Translations under genes and position numbers: made by a program
NCBI RefSeq assembly: GCF_964213995.1
Contig: NC_135805.1
Coordinates: forward strand, 145,886,001 to 145,950,000
DNA: 64,000 nt
Source of the DNA: Mustelus asterias
Taxonomy: Eukaryota
Direction: 5' to 3'
Part shown: positions 50,301 through 62,300 of the stretch, piece after piece
Layout of the letters: each line of letters begins with the position of its first letter
How positions within the stretch are numbered: position 1 is the stretch's first letter
The notes under the pieces: model-generated
Seen by the model: only the letters and a program-made list of their open reading frames with translations
Told to the model about the DNA's origin: nothing
The model's database searches: none

Positions 50301-53300
50301 GGGAGTGTGTAAACCAGGGGAGTGTGTAAACCAGAGGAGTGTGTAAACCAGGGGAGTGAGTAAACCAGGGGAGTGTGTAAACCAGGGGTGTGTGTAAACC
50401 AGGGGAGTGAGTAAACCAGGGGAGTGTGTAAACCAGGGGCGTGTGTAAACCAGGGGAGTGTGTAAACCAGGGGAGTGTGTAAACCAGGGGAGTTTGTAAA
50501 CCAGGGGAGTGTGCAAACCAGGGGAGTGTGCAAACCAGGGGAGTTTGTAAACCAGGGGAGTGTGTAAACCAGGGGAGTGTGTAAACCAGTGGAATGTGTA
50601 AACCAGGGGAGTGTGTAAACCAGGGGAGTGTGTAAACCAGGGGAGTGTGTAAACCAGGGGAGTGTGTAAACCAGGGGTGTGTGAAAACCAGGGGATTTTG
50701 TAAATCAGGGGAATGTGTAAACCAGGGGAGTGTGTAAACCAGGGGAGTTTGTAAACCAGGGGAGTGTGAAAACCAGGGGAGTGTGTAAACCAGGGGAGTG
50801 TGAAACCAGGGGTGTGTGTAAATCAGGGGAATGTGTAAACCAGGGGAGTGTGTAAACCAGGGGAGTTTGTAAATCAGGGGAGTGTGTAAACCAGGGGAGT
50901 GTGTAAACCAGGGGAGTTTGTAAACCAGGGGAGTGTGTAAACCAGGGGAGTGTGTAAACCAGGGGAGTGAGTAAACCAGGGGAGTGTGTAAACCAGGGGA
51001 GTGTGTAAACCAGGGGTGTGTGTAAATCAGGGGAATGTGTAAACCAGGGCAGTGTGTAAACCAGGGGAGTGTGTAAACCAGGGGAGTGTGTAAACCAGGG
51101 GAGTGTGTAAACCAGGGGAGTGTGTAAACCAGGGGAGTGTGTAAACCAGGGGAGTGTGTAAACCAGGGGAGTGTGTAAACCAGGGGAGTTTGTAAACCAG
51201 GGGAGTGTGCAAACCAGGGGAGTGTGCAAACCAGGGGAGTTTGTAAACCAGGGGAGTGTGTAAACCAGGGGAGTGTGTAAACCAGGGGAGTGTGTAAACC
51301 AGTGGAATGTGTAAACCAGGGGAGTGTGTAAACCAGGGGAGTGTGTAAACCAGGGGAGTGTGTAAACCAGGGGTGTGTGTAAATCAGGGGAGTGTGTAAA
51401 CCAGGGGAGTGTGTAAACCAGGGGAGTGTGTAAACCAGGGGAGTGTGTAAACCAGGGGAATGTGTAAACCAGGGGAGTGTGTAAACCAGGGGAGTGTGTA
51501 AACCAGGGGAGTGTCTAAACCAGGGGAGTGTGTAAACCAGGGGAGTGTGTAAACCAGGGGTGTGTGTAAACCAGGGGAGTGTGTAAACCAGGGGAGTGTG
51601 TAAACCAGGGGAGTGTGTAAACCAGGGGAGTGTGTAAACCAGGGGAGTGTCTAAACCAGGGGAGTGTGTAAACCAGGGGAGTGTGTAAACCAGGGGAGTG
51701 TGCAAACCAGGGGAGTGTGTAAACCAGGGGAGTGTGTAAACCAGGGGTGTGTGTAAACCAGGGGTGTGTGTAAACCAGGGGAGTGTCTAAACCAGGGGAG
51801 TGTGTAAACCAGGGGAGTGTGTAAACCAGGGGTGTGAGTAAACCAGGGGAGTGTCTAAACCAGGGGAGTGTGTAAACCAGGGGAGTGTGTAAACCAGGGG
51901 AGTGTGTAAACCAGGGGTGTGTGTAAACCAGGGGAGTGTGTAAACCAGGGGTGTGTGTAAACCAGGGGAGTGTCTAAACCAGGGGAGTGTGTAAACCAGG
52001 GGAGTGTGTAAACCAGGGGAGTGTGTAAACCAGGGGTGTGTGTAAACCAGGGGAGTGTGTAAACCAGGGGAGTGTGTAAACCAGGGGAGTGTGTAAACCA
52101 GGGGAGTGTGTAAACCAGGGGTGTGTGTAAACCAGGGGAGTGTGTTAACCAGGGGAGTGTGTAAACCAGGGGTGTGTGTAAACCAGGGGAGTGTGTAAAC
52201 CAGGGGAGTGTGTAAACCAGGGGAGTGTGTAAACCAGGGGTGTGTGTAAACCAGGGGAGTGTGTAAACCAGGGGTGTGTGTAAACCAGGGGAGTGTCTAA
52301 ACCAGGGGAGTGTGTAAACCAGGGGAGTGTATAATCAGGGGAGTGTGTAAACCAGGGGAGTGTGTAAACCAGGGGAGTGTGTAAACCAGGGGAGTGTGTA
52401 AACCAGGGGAGTGTGTAAACCAGGGGAATGTGTAAATCAGGGGAGTGTGTAAACCAGGGGAGTGTGTAAATCAGGGGTGTGTGTAAACCAGGGGTGTGTG
52501 TAAACCAGGGGAGTGTGTAAACCAGGGGAGTGTGCAAACCAGGGGAGTGTGTAAATCAGGGGTGTGTGTAAATCAGGGGAGTGTGTAAACCAGGGGAGTG
52601 TGTAAACCAGGGGAGTGTGCAAACCAGGGGAATGTGTAAACCAGGGGAGTGTGTAAACCAGGGGAGTGTGTAAACCAGGGGAGTGTGTAAATCAGGGGTG
52701 TGTGTAAACCAGGGGTGTGTGTAAAGCAGGGGAGTGTGTAAATCAGGGGAGTGTGTAAATCAGGGGAGTGTGTAAACCAGGGGAGTGTGTAAACCAGGGG
52801 AGTGTGTAAACCAGGGGAGTGTGCAAACCAGGGGAATGTGTAAACCAGGGGAGTGTGTAAACCAGGGGAGTGTGTAAACCAGGGGAGTGTGTAAATCAGG
52901 GGTGTGTGTAAACCAGGGGTGTGTGTAAAGCAGGGGAGTGTGTAAACCAGCGGAGTGTGTAAACCAGGGGAGTGTGCAAACCAGGGGAGTGTGTAAACCA
53001 GGGGAGTGTGTAAACCAGGGGAGTGTGTAAATCAGGGGAGTGTGTAAACCAGGGGAGTGTGTAAACCAGGGGAGTGTGTAAACCAGGGGAGTGTGGAAAC
53101 CAGGGGAGTGTGTAAACCAGGGGAGTGTGCAAACCAGGGGAGTGTGTAAACCAGGGGAGTGTGTAAACCAGGGGTGTGTGTAAACCAGGGGAGTGTGTAA
53201 ACCAGGGGTGTGTGTAAACCAGGGGAGTGAGTAAACCAGGGGTGTGTGTAAACCAGGGGTGTGTGTAAACCAGGGGAGTGTGTAAACCAGGGGAGTGTGT

Positions 53301-56300
53301 AAACCAGGGGAGTGTGCAAACCAGGGGAGTGTGTAAACCAGGGGAGTGTGTAAACCAGGGGAGTGTGCAAACCAGGGGAGTGTGTAAACCAGGGGAGTGT
53401 GTAAACCAGGGGTGTGTGTAAACCAGGGGAGTGTGCAAACCAGGGGAGTGTGTAAACCAGGGGAGTGTGTAAACCAGGGGTGTGTGTAAACCAGGGGATT
53501 GTGTAAACCAGGGGAGTGTGTAAACCAGGGGAGTGTGTAAACCAGGGGAGTGTGCAAACCAGGGGAGTGTGCAAACCAGGGGAGTGTGTAAACCAGGGGT
53601 GTGTGCAAACCAGGGGAGTGTGTAAACCAGGGGAGTGTGTAAACCAGGGGTGTGTGTAAACCAGGGGATTGTGTAAACCAGGGGAGTGTGTAAACCAGGG
53701 GAGTGTGTAAACCAGGGGTGTGTGTAAACCAGGGGAGTGTGTAAACCAGGGGAGTGTGTAAACCAGGGGAGTGTGTAAACCAGGGGAATGTGTAAATCAG
53801 GGGATTGTGTAAACCAGGGCAGTGTGTAAACCAGGGGAGTGTGTAAACCAGGGGAGTGTGTAAACCAGGGGAATGTGTAAATCAGGGGATTGTGTAAACC
53901 AGGGGAGTGTGTAAACCAGGGGAATGTGTAAATCAGGGGATTGTGTAAACCAGGGGAGTGTGTAAACCAGGGGAATGTGTAAATCAGGGGATTGTGTAAA
54001 CCAGGGGAGTGTGTAAACCAGGGGAGTGTGTAAACCAGGGGTGTGTGTAAACCAGGGGAGTGTGCAAACCAGGGGAGTGTGTAAACCAGGGGAGTTTGTA
54101 AAGCAGGGGAGTGTGTAAAGCAGGGGAGTGTGTAAACCAGGGGAGTGTGTAAACCAGGGGAGTGTGTAAACCAGGGGATTGTGTAAACCAGGGGAGTGTG
54201 TAAACCAGGGGAGTGAGTAAACCAGGGGAGTTTGTAAACCAGGGGAGTGTGTAAACCAGGGGAGTGTGTAAACCAGGGGATTGTGTAAACCAGGGGAGTG
54301 TGTAAACCAGGGGAGTGTGTAAACCAGGGGAATGTGTAAACCAGGGGAGTGAGAAAACCAGGGGAGTGTGTAAACCAGGGGATTGTGTAAACCAGGGGAG
54401 TGTGTAAACCAGGGGAGTTTGTAAACCAGGGGAGTGTGTAAACCAGGGGAGTGTGTAAACCAGGGGAGTGTGTAAACCAGGGGAGTGAGTAAACCAGGGG
54501 AGTGTGTAAACCAGGGGATTGTGGAAACCAGGGGAGTGTGTAAACCAGGGGAGTGTGTAAACCAGGGGAGTGTGTAAACCAGGGCAGTGTGCAAACCAGG
54601 GGAGTGTGTAAACCAGGGGAGTGTGCAAACCAGGGGAGTGTGTAAACCAGGGGAGTGTGTAAACCAGGGGAGTTTGTAAACCAGGGGAGTGTGCAAACCA
54701 GGGGAGTTTGTAAACCAGGGGAGTTTGTAAACCAGGGGAGTTTGTAAACCAGGGGAGTGTGCAAACCAGGGGAGTGTGCAAACCAGGGGAGTTTGTAAAC
54801 CAGGGGAGTGTGTAAACCAGGGGAGTGTGTAAACCAGGGGAATGTGTCAACCAGGGGAGTGTGTAAACCAGGGGAGTGTGTAAACCAGGGGAGTGTGTAA
54901 ACCAGGGGAATGTGTAAACCAGGGGAGTGTGTAAACCAGGGGTGTGTGTAAACCAGGGGTGTGTGTAAACCAGGGGAGTGTGTAAACCAGGGGAGTGTGT
55001 AAACCAGGGGTGTGTGTAAACCAGGGGAATGTGTAAACCAGGGGAATGTGTAAACCAGGGGAATGTGTAAACCAGGGGAGTGTGTAAACCAGGGGAGTGT
55101 CTAAACCAGGGGAGTGTGTAAACCAGGGGAGTGTGTAAACCAGGGGAGTGTGTAAACCAGGGGTGTGTGTAAACCAGGGGAGTGTGTAAACGAGGGGAAT
55201 GTGTAAACCAGGGGAATGTGTAAACCAGGGGTGTGGGTAAACCAGGGGAGTGTGTAAACCAGGGGAGTGTGTAAACCAGGGGAGTGTGTAAACCAGGGGA
55301 GTGTGTAAACCAGGGGAGTGTGTAAACCAGGGGAGTGTGTAAACCAGGGGAATGTGTAAACCAGGGGAATGTGTAAACCAGGGGAATGTGTAAACCAGGG
55401 GTGTGGGTAAACCAGGGGAGTGTGTAAACCAGGGGAGTGTGTAAACCAGGGGAGTGTGTAAACCAGGGGAGTGTGTAAACCAGGGGAGTGTGTAAACCAG
55501 GGGTGTGTGTAAACCAGGGGAGTGTGTAAACCAGGGTTGTGGGTAAACCAGGGGTGTGTGTAAACCAGGGGAGTGTGTAAACCAGGGGTGTGGGTAAACC
55601 AGGGGTGTGTGTAAACCAGGGGTGTGTGTAAACCAGGGGAGTGTGTAAACCAGGGCAGTGTGTAAACCAGGGGAGTGTGTAAACCAGGGGTGTGTGTAAA
55701 CCAGGGGAGTGTGTAAACCAGGAGAGTGTGTAAACCAGGAGAGTGTGTAAACCAGGGGAGTGTGTAAACCAGGGGAGTGTGTAAACCAGGAGAGTGTGTA
55801 AACCAGGAGAGTGTGTAAACCAGGGGTGTGTGTAAACCAGGGGAGTGTGTAAACCAGGGGAGTGTGTAAACCAGGAGAGTGTGTAAACCAGGGGAGTGTG
55901 TAAACCAGGGGAGTGTGTAAACCAGGGGTGTGTGTAAACCAGGGGAGTGTGTAAACCAGGGGAGTGTGTAAACCAGGGGTGTGTGTAAACCAGGGGAGTG
56001 TGTAAACCAGGGGTGTGTGTAAACCAGGGGAGTGTGTAAACCAGGGGTGTGTGTAAACCAGGGGAGTGTGTAAACCAGGGGAGTGTGTAAACCAGGGGTG
56101 TGTGTGAACCAGGGGAGTGTGTAAACCAGGGGTGTGTGTAAACCAGGGGAGTGTGTAAACCAGGGGAGTGTGTAAACCAGGGGAGTGTGTAAACCAGGGG
56201 AGTGTGTAAACCAGCGGTGTGTGTAAACCAGGGGAGTGTGTAAACCAGGGGAGTGTGTAAACCAGGGGAGTGTGTAAACCAGGGGAGTGAGTAAACCAGG

Positions 56301-59300
56301 GGAGTGTGTAAACCAGGGGTGTGTGTAAACCAGGGGAGTGTGTAAACCAGGGGAGTGTGTAAACCAGGGGAGTGTGTAAACCAGGGGAGTGTGTAAACCA
56401 GGGGAGTTTGTAAACCAGGGGAGTGTGTAAACCAGGGGAGTGTGTAAACCAGGGGTGTGTGTAAACCAGAGGAGTGTGTAAACCAGGGGAGTGAGTAAAC
56501 CAGGGCAGTGTGTAAACCAGGGGAGTGTGAAAACCAGGGGAGTTTGTAAATCAGGGGAATGTGTAAACCAGGGGAGTGTGTAAACCAGGGGTGTGTGTAA
56601 ACCAGGGGAGTTTGTAAACCAGGGGAGTGTGAAAACCAGGGGAGTTTGTAAATCAGGGGAATGTGTAAACCAGGGGAGTGTGTAAACCAGGGGTGTGTGT
56701 AAACCAGGGGAGTTTGTAAACCAGGGGAGTGTGAAAACCAGGGGAGTTTGTAAATCAGGGGAATGTGTAAACCAGGGGAGTGTGTAAACCAGGGGAGTGT
56801 GTAAACCAGGGGAGTGTGTAAACCAGGGGAGTGAGTCAACCAGGGGAGTGTGTAAACCAGGGGTGTGTGTAAACCAGGGGAGTGTATAAACCAGGGGTGT
56901 GTGTAAATCAGGGGAATGTGTAAACCAGGGCAGTGTGTAAACCAGGGGATTGTGTAAACCAGGGGAGTGTGTAAACCAGGGGAGTGTGTAAACCAGGGGA
57001 GTGTGTAAACCAGAGGAGTGTGTAAACCAGGGGAGTGAGTAAACCAGGGGAGTGTGTAAACCAGGGGTGTGTGTAAACCAGGGGAGTGAGTAAACCAGGG
57101 GAGTGTGTAAACCAGGGGCGTGTGTAAACCAGGGGAGTGTGTAAACCAGGGGAGTGTGTAAACCAGGGGAGTTTGTAAACCAGGGGAGTGTGCAAACCAG
57201 GGGAGTGTGCAAACCAGGGGAGTTTGTAAACCAGGGGAGTGTGTAAACCAGGGGAGTGTGTAAACCAGTGGAATGTGTAAACCAGGGGAGTGTGTAAACC
57301 AGGGGAGTGTGTAAACCAGGGGAGTGTGTAAACCAGGGGAGTGTGTAAACCAGGGGTGTGTGAAAACCAGGGGATTTTGTAAATCAGGGGAATGTGTAAA
57401 CCAGGGGAGTGTGTAAACCAGGGGAGTTTGTAAACCAGGGGAGTGTGAAAACCAGGGGAGTGTGTAAACCAGGGGAGTGTGAAACCAGGGGTGTGTGTAA
57501 ATCAGGGGAATGTGTAAACCAGGGGAGTGTGTAAACCAGGGGAGTTTGTAAATCAGGGGAGTGTGTAAACCAGGGGAGTGTGTAAACCAGGGGAGTTTGT
57601 AAACCAGGGGAGTGTGTAAACCAGGGGAGTGTGTAAACCAGGGGAGTGAGTAAACCAGGGGAGTGTGTAAACCAGGGGAGTGTGTAAACCAGGGGTGTGT
57701 GTAAATCAGGGGAATGTGTAAACCAGGGCAGTGTGTAAACCAGGGGAGTGTGTAAACCAGGGGAGTGTGTAAACCAGGGGAGTGTGTAAACCAGGGGAGT
57801 GTGTAAACCAGGGGAGTGTGTAAACCAGGGGAGTGTGTAAACCAGGGGAGTGTGTAAACCAGGGGAGTTTGTAAACCAGGGGAGTGTGCAAACCAGGGGA
57901 GTGTGCAAACCAGGGGAGTTTGTAAACCAGGGGAGTGTGTAAACCAGGGGAGTGTGTAAACCAGGGGAGTGTGTAAACCAGTGGAATGTGTAAACCAGGG
58001 GAGTGTGTAAACCAGGGGAGTGTGTAAACCAGGGGAGTGTGTAAACCAGGGGTGTGTGTAAATCAGGGGAGTGTGTAAACCAGGGGAGTGTGTAAACCAG
58101 GGGAGTGTGTAAACCAGGGGAGTGTGTAAACCAGGGGAATGTGTAAACCAGGGGAGTGTGTAAACCAGGGGAGTGTGTAAACCAGGGGAGTGTCTAAACC
58201 AGGGGAGTGTGTAAACCAGGGGAGTGTGTAAACCAGGGGTGTGTGTAAACCAGGGGAGTGTGTAAACCAGGGGAGTGTGTAAACCAGGGGAGTGTGTAAA
58301 CCAGGGGAGTGTGTAAACCAGGGGAGTGTCTAAACCAGGGGAGTGTGTAAACCAGGGGAGTGTGTAAACCAGGGGAGTGTGCAAACCAGGGGAGTGTGTA
58401 AACCAGGGGAGTGTGTAAACCAGGGGTGTGTGTAAACCAGGGGTGTGTGTAAACCAGGGGAGTGTCTAAACCAGGGGAGTGTGTAAACCAGGGGAGTGTG
58501 TAAACCAGGGGTGTGAGTAAACCAGGGGAGTGTCTAAACCAGGGGAGTGTGTAAACCAGGGGAGTGTGTAAACCAGGGGAGTGTGTAAACCAGGGGTGTG
58601 TGTAAACCAGGGGAGTGTGTAAACCAGGGGTGTGTGTAAACCAGGGGAGTGTCTAAACCAGGGGAGTGTGTAAACCAGGGGAGTGTGTAAACCAGGGGAG
58701 TGTGTAAACCAGGGGTGTGTGTAAACCAGGGGAGTGTGTAAACCAGGGGAGTGTGTAAACCAGGGGAGTGTGTAAACCAGGGGAGTGTGTAAACCAGGGG
58801 TGTGTGTAAACCAGGGGAGTGTGTTAACCAGGGGAGTGTGTAAACCAGGGGTGTGTGTAAACCAGGGGAGTGTGTAAACCAGGGGAGTGTGTAAACCAGG
58901 GGAGTGTGTAAACCAGGGGTGTGTGTAAACCAGGGGAGTGTGTAAACCAGGGGTGTGTGTAAACCAGGGGAGTGTCTAAACCAGGGGAGTGTGTAAACCA
59001 GGGGAGTGTATAATCAGGGGAGTGTGTAAACCAGGGGAGTGTGTAAACCAGGGGAGTGTGTAAACCAGGGGAGTGTGTAAACCAGGGGAGTGTGTAAACC
59101 AGGGGAATGTGTAAATCAGGGGAGTGTGTAAACCAGGGGAGTGTGTAAATCAGGGGTGTGTGTAAACCAGGGGTGTGTGTAAACCAGGGGAGTGTGTAAA
59201 CCAGGGGAGTGTGCAAACCAGGGGAGTGTGTAAATCAGGGGTGTGTGTAAATCAGGGGAGTGTGTAAACCAGGGGAGTGTGTAAACCAGGGGAGTGTGCA

Positions 59301-62300
59301 AACCAGGGGAATGTGTAAACCAGGGGAGTGTGTAAACCAGGGGAGTGTGTAAACCAGGGGAGTGTGTAAATCAGGGGTGTGTGTAAACCAGGGGTGTGTG
59401 TAAAGCAGGGGAGTGTGTAAATCAGGGGAGTGTGTAAATCAGGGGAGTGTGTAAACCAGGGGAGTGTGTAAACCAGGGGAGTGTGTAAACCAGGGGAGTG
59501 TGCAAACCAGGGGAATGTGTAAACCAGGGGAGTGTGTAAACCAGGGGAGTGTGTAAACCAGGGGAGTGTGTAAATCAGGGGTGTGTGTAAACCAGGGGTG
59601 TGTGTAAAGCAGGGGAGTGTGTAAACCAGCGGAGTGTGTAAACCAGGGGAGTGTGCAAACCAGGGGAGTGTGTAAACCAGGGGAGTGTGTAAACCAGGGG
59701 AGTGTGTAAATCAGGGGAGTGTGTAAACCAGGGGAGTGTGTAAACCAGGGGAGTGTGTAAACCAGGGGAGTGTGGAAACCAGGGGAGTGTGTAAACCAGG
59801 GGAGTGTGCAAACCAGGGGAGTGTGTAAACCAGGGGAGTGTGTAAACCAGGGGTGTGTGTAAACCAGGGGAGTGTGTAAACCAGGGGTGTGTGTAAACCA
59901 GGGGAGTGAGTAAACCAGGGGTGTGTGTAAACCAGGGGTGTGTGTAAACCAGGGGAGTGTGTAAACCAGGGGAGTGTGTAAACCAGGGGAGTGTGCAAAC
60001 CAGGGGAGTGTGTAAACCAGGGGAGTGTGTAAACCAGGGGAGTGTGCAAACCAGGGGAGTGTGTAAACCAGGGGAGTGTGTAAACCAGGGGTGTGTGTAA
60101 ACCAGGGGAGTGTGCAAACCAGGGGAGTGTGTAAACCAGGGGAGTGTGTAAACCAGGGGTGTGTGTAAACCAGGGGATTGTGTAAACCAGGGGAGTGTGT
60201 AAACCAGGGGAGTGTGTAAACCAGGGGAGTGTGCAAACCAGGGGAGTGTGCAAACCAGGGGAGTGTGTAAACCAGGGGTGTGTGCAAACCAGGGGAGTGT
60301 GTAAACCAGGGGAGTGTGTAAACCAGGGGTGTGTGTAAACCAGGGGATTGTGTAAACCAGGGGAGTGTGTAAACCAGGGGAGTGTGTAAACCAGGGGTGT
60401 GTGTAAACCAGGGGAGTGTGTAAACCAGGGGAGTGTGTAAACCAGGGGAGTGTGTAAACCAGGGGAATGTGTAAATCAGGGGATTGTGTAAACCAGGGCA
60501 GTGTGTAAACCAGGGGAGTGTGTAAACCAGGGGAGTGTGTAAACCAGGGGAATGTGTAAATCAGGGGATTGTGTAAACCAGGGGAGTGTGTAAACCAGGG
60601 GAATGTGTAAATCAGGGGATTGTGTAAACCAGGGGAGTGTGTAAACCAGGGGAATGTGTAAATCAGGGGATTGTGTAAACCAGGGGAGTGTGTAAACCAG
60701 GGGAGTGTGTAAACCAGGGGAGTGTGTAAACCAGGGGAGTGTGTAAACCAGGGGAGTGTGTAAACCAGGGGTGTGTGTAAACCAGGGGAGTGTGCAAACC
60801 AGGGGAGTGTGTAAACCAGGGGAGTTTGTAAAGCAGGGGAGTGTGTAAAGCAGGGGAGTGTGTAAACCAGGGGAGTGTGTAAACCAGGGGAGTGTGTAAA
60901 CCAGGGGATTGTGTAAACCAGGGGAGTGTGTAAACCAGGGGAGTGAGTAAACCAGGGGAGTTTGTAAACCAGGGGAGTGTGTAAACCAGGGGAGTGTGTA
61001 AACCAGGGGATTGTGTAAACCAGGGGAGTGTGTAAACCAGGGGAGTGTGTAAACCAGGGGAATGTGTAAACCAGGGGAGTGAGAAAACCAGGGGAGTGTG
61101 TAAACCAGGGGATTGTGTAAACCAGGGGAGTGTGTAAACCAGGGGAGTTTGTAAACCAGGGGAGTGTGTAAACCAGGGGAGTGTGTAAACCAGGGGAGTG
61201 TGTAAACCAGGGGAGTGAGTAAACCAGGGGAGTGTGTAAACCAGGGGATTGTGGAAACCAGGGGAGTGTGTAAACCAGGGGAGTGTGTAAACCAGGGGAG
61301 TGTGTAAACCAGGGCAGTGTGCAAACCAGGGGAGTGTGTAAACCAGGGGAGTGTGCAAACCAGGGGAGTGTGTAAACCAGGGGAGTGTGTAAACCAGGGG
61401 AGTTTGTAAACCAGGGGAGTGTGCAAACCAGGGGAGTTTGTAAACCAGGGGAGTTTGTAAACCAGGGGAGTTTGTAAACCAGGGGAGTGTGCAAACCAGG
61501 GGAGTGTGCAAACCAGGGGAGTTTGTAAACCAGGGGAGTGTGTAAACCAGGGGAGTGTGTAAACCAGGGGAATGTGTCAACCAGGGGAGTGTGTAAACCA
61601 GGGGAGTGTGTAAACCAGGGGAGTGTGTAAACCAGGGGAATGTGTAAACCAGGGGAGTGTGTAAACCAGGGGTGTGTGTAAACCAGGGGTGTGTGTAAAC
61701 CAGGGGAGTGTGTAAACCAGGGGAGTGTGTAAACCAGGGGTGTGTGTAAACCAGGGGAATGTGTAAACCAGGGGAGTGTGTAAACCAGGGGACTGTGTAA
61801 ATCAGGGGAGTGTGTAAACCAGGGGAGTGTGTAAACCAGGGGAGTTTGTAAAGCAGGGGAGTGTGTAAACCAGGGGAGTGTGTAAACCAGGGGAGTGAGT
61901 AAACCAGGGGAGTGTGTAAACCAGGGGAGTGTGTAAACCAGGGGAGTGTGTAAACCAGGGGAGTTTGTAAACCAGGGGAGTGTGCAAACCAGGGGATTGT
62001 GCAAACCAGGGGAGTTTGTAAACCAGGGGAGTGTGTAAACCAGGGGAGTGTGTAAACCAGGGGAATGTGTAAACCAGGGGAGTGTGTAAACCAGGGGAGT
62101 GTGTAAACCAGGGGAGTGTGTAAACCAGGGGTGTGTGTAAACCAGGGGAATGTGTAAACCAGGGGAGTGTGCAAACCAGGGGAGTGTGTAAACCAGGGGA
62201 GTGTGTAAACCAGTGGAGTGTGTAAACCAGGGGAGTGTGCAAACCAGGGGAGTTTGTAAACCAGGGGAGTTTGTAAACCAGGGGAGTGTGTAAACCAGGG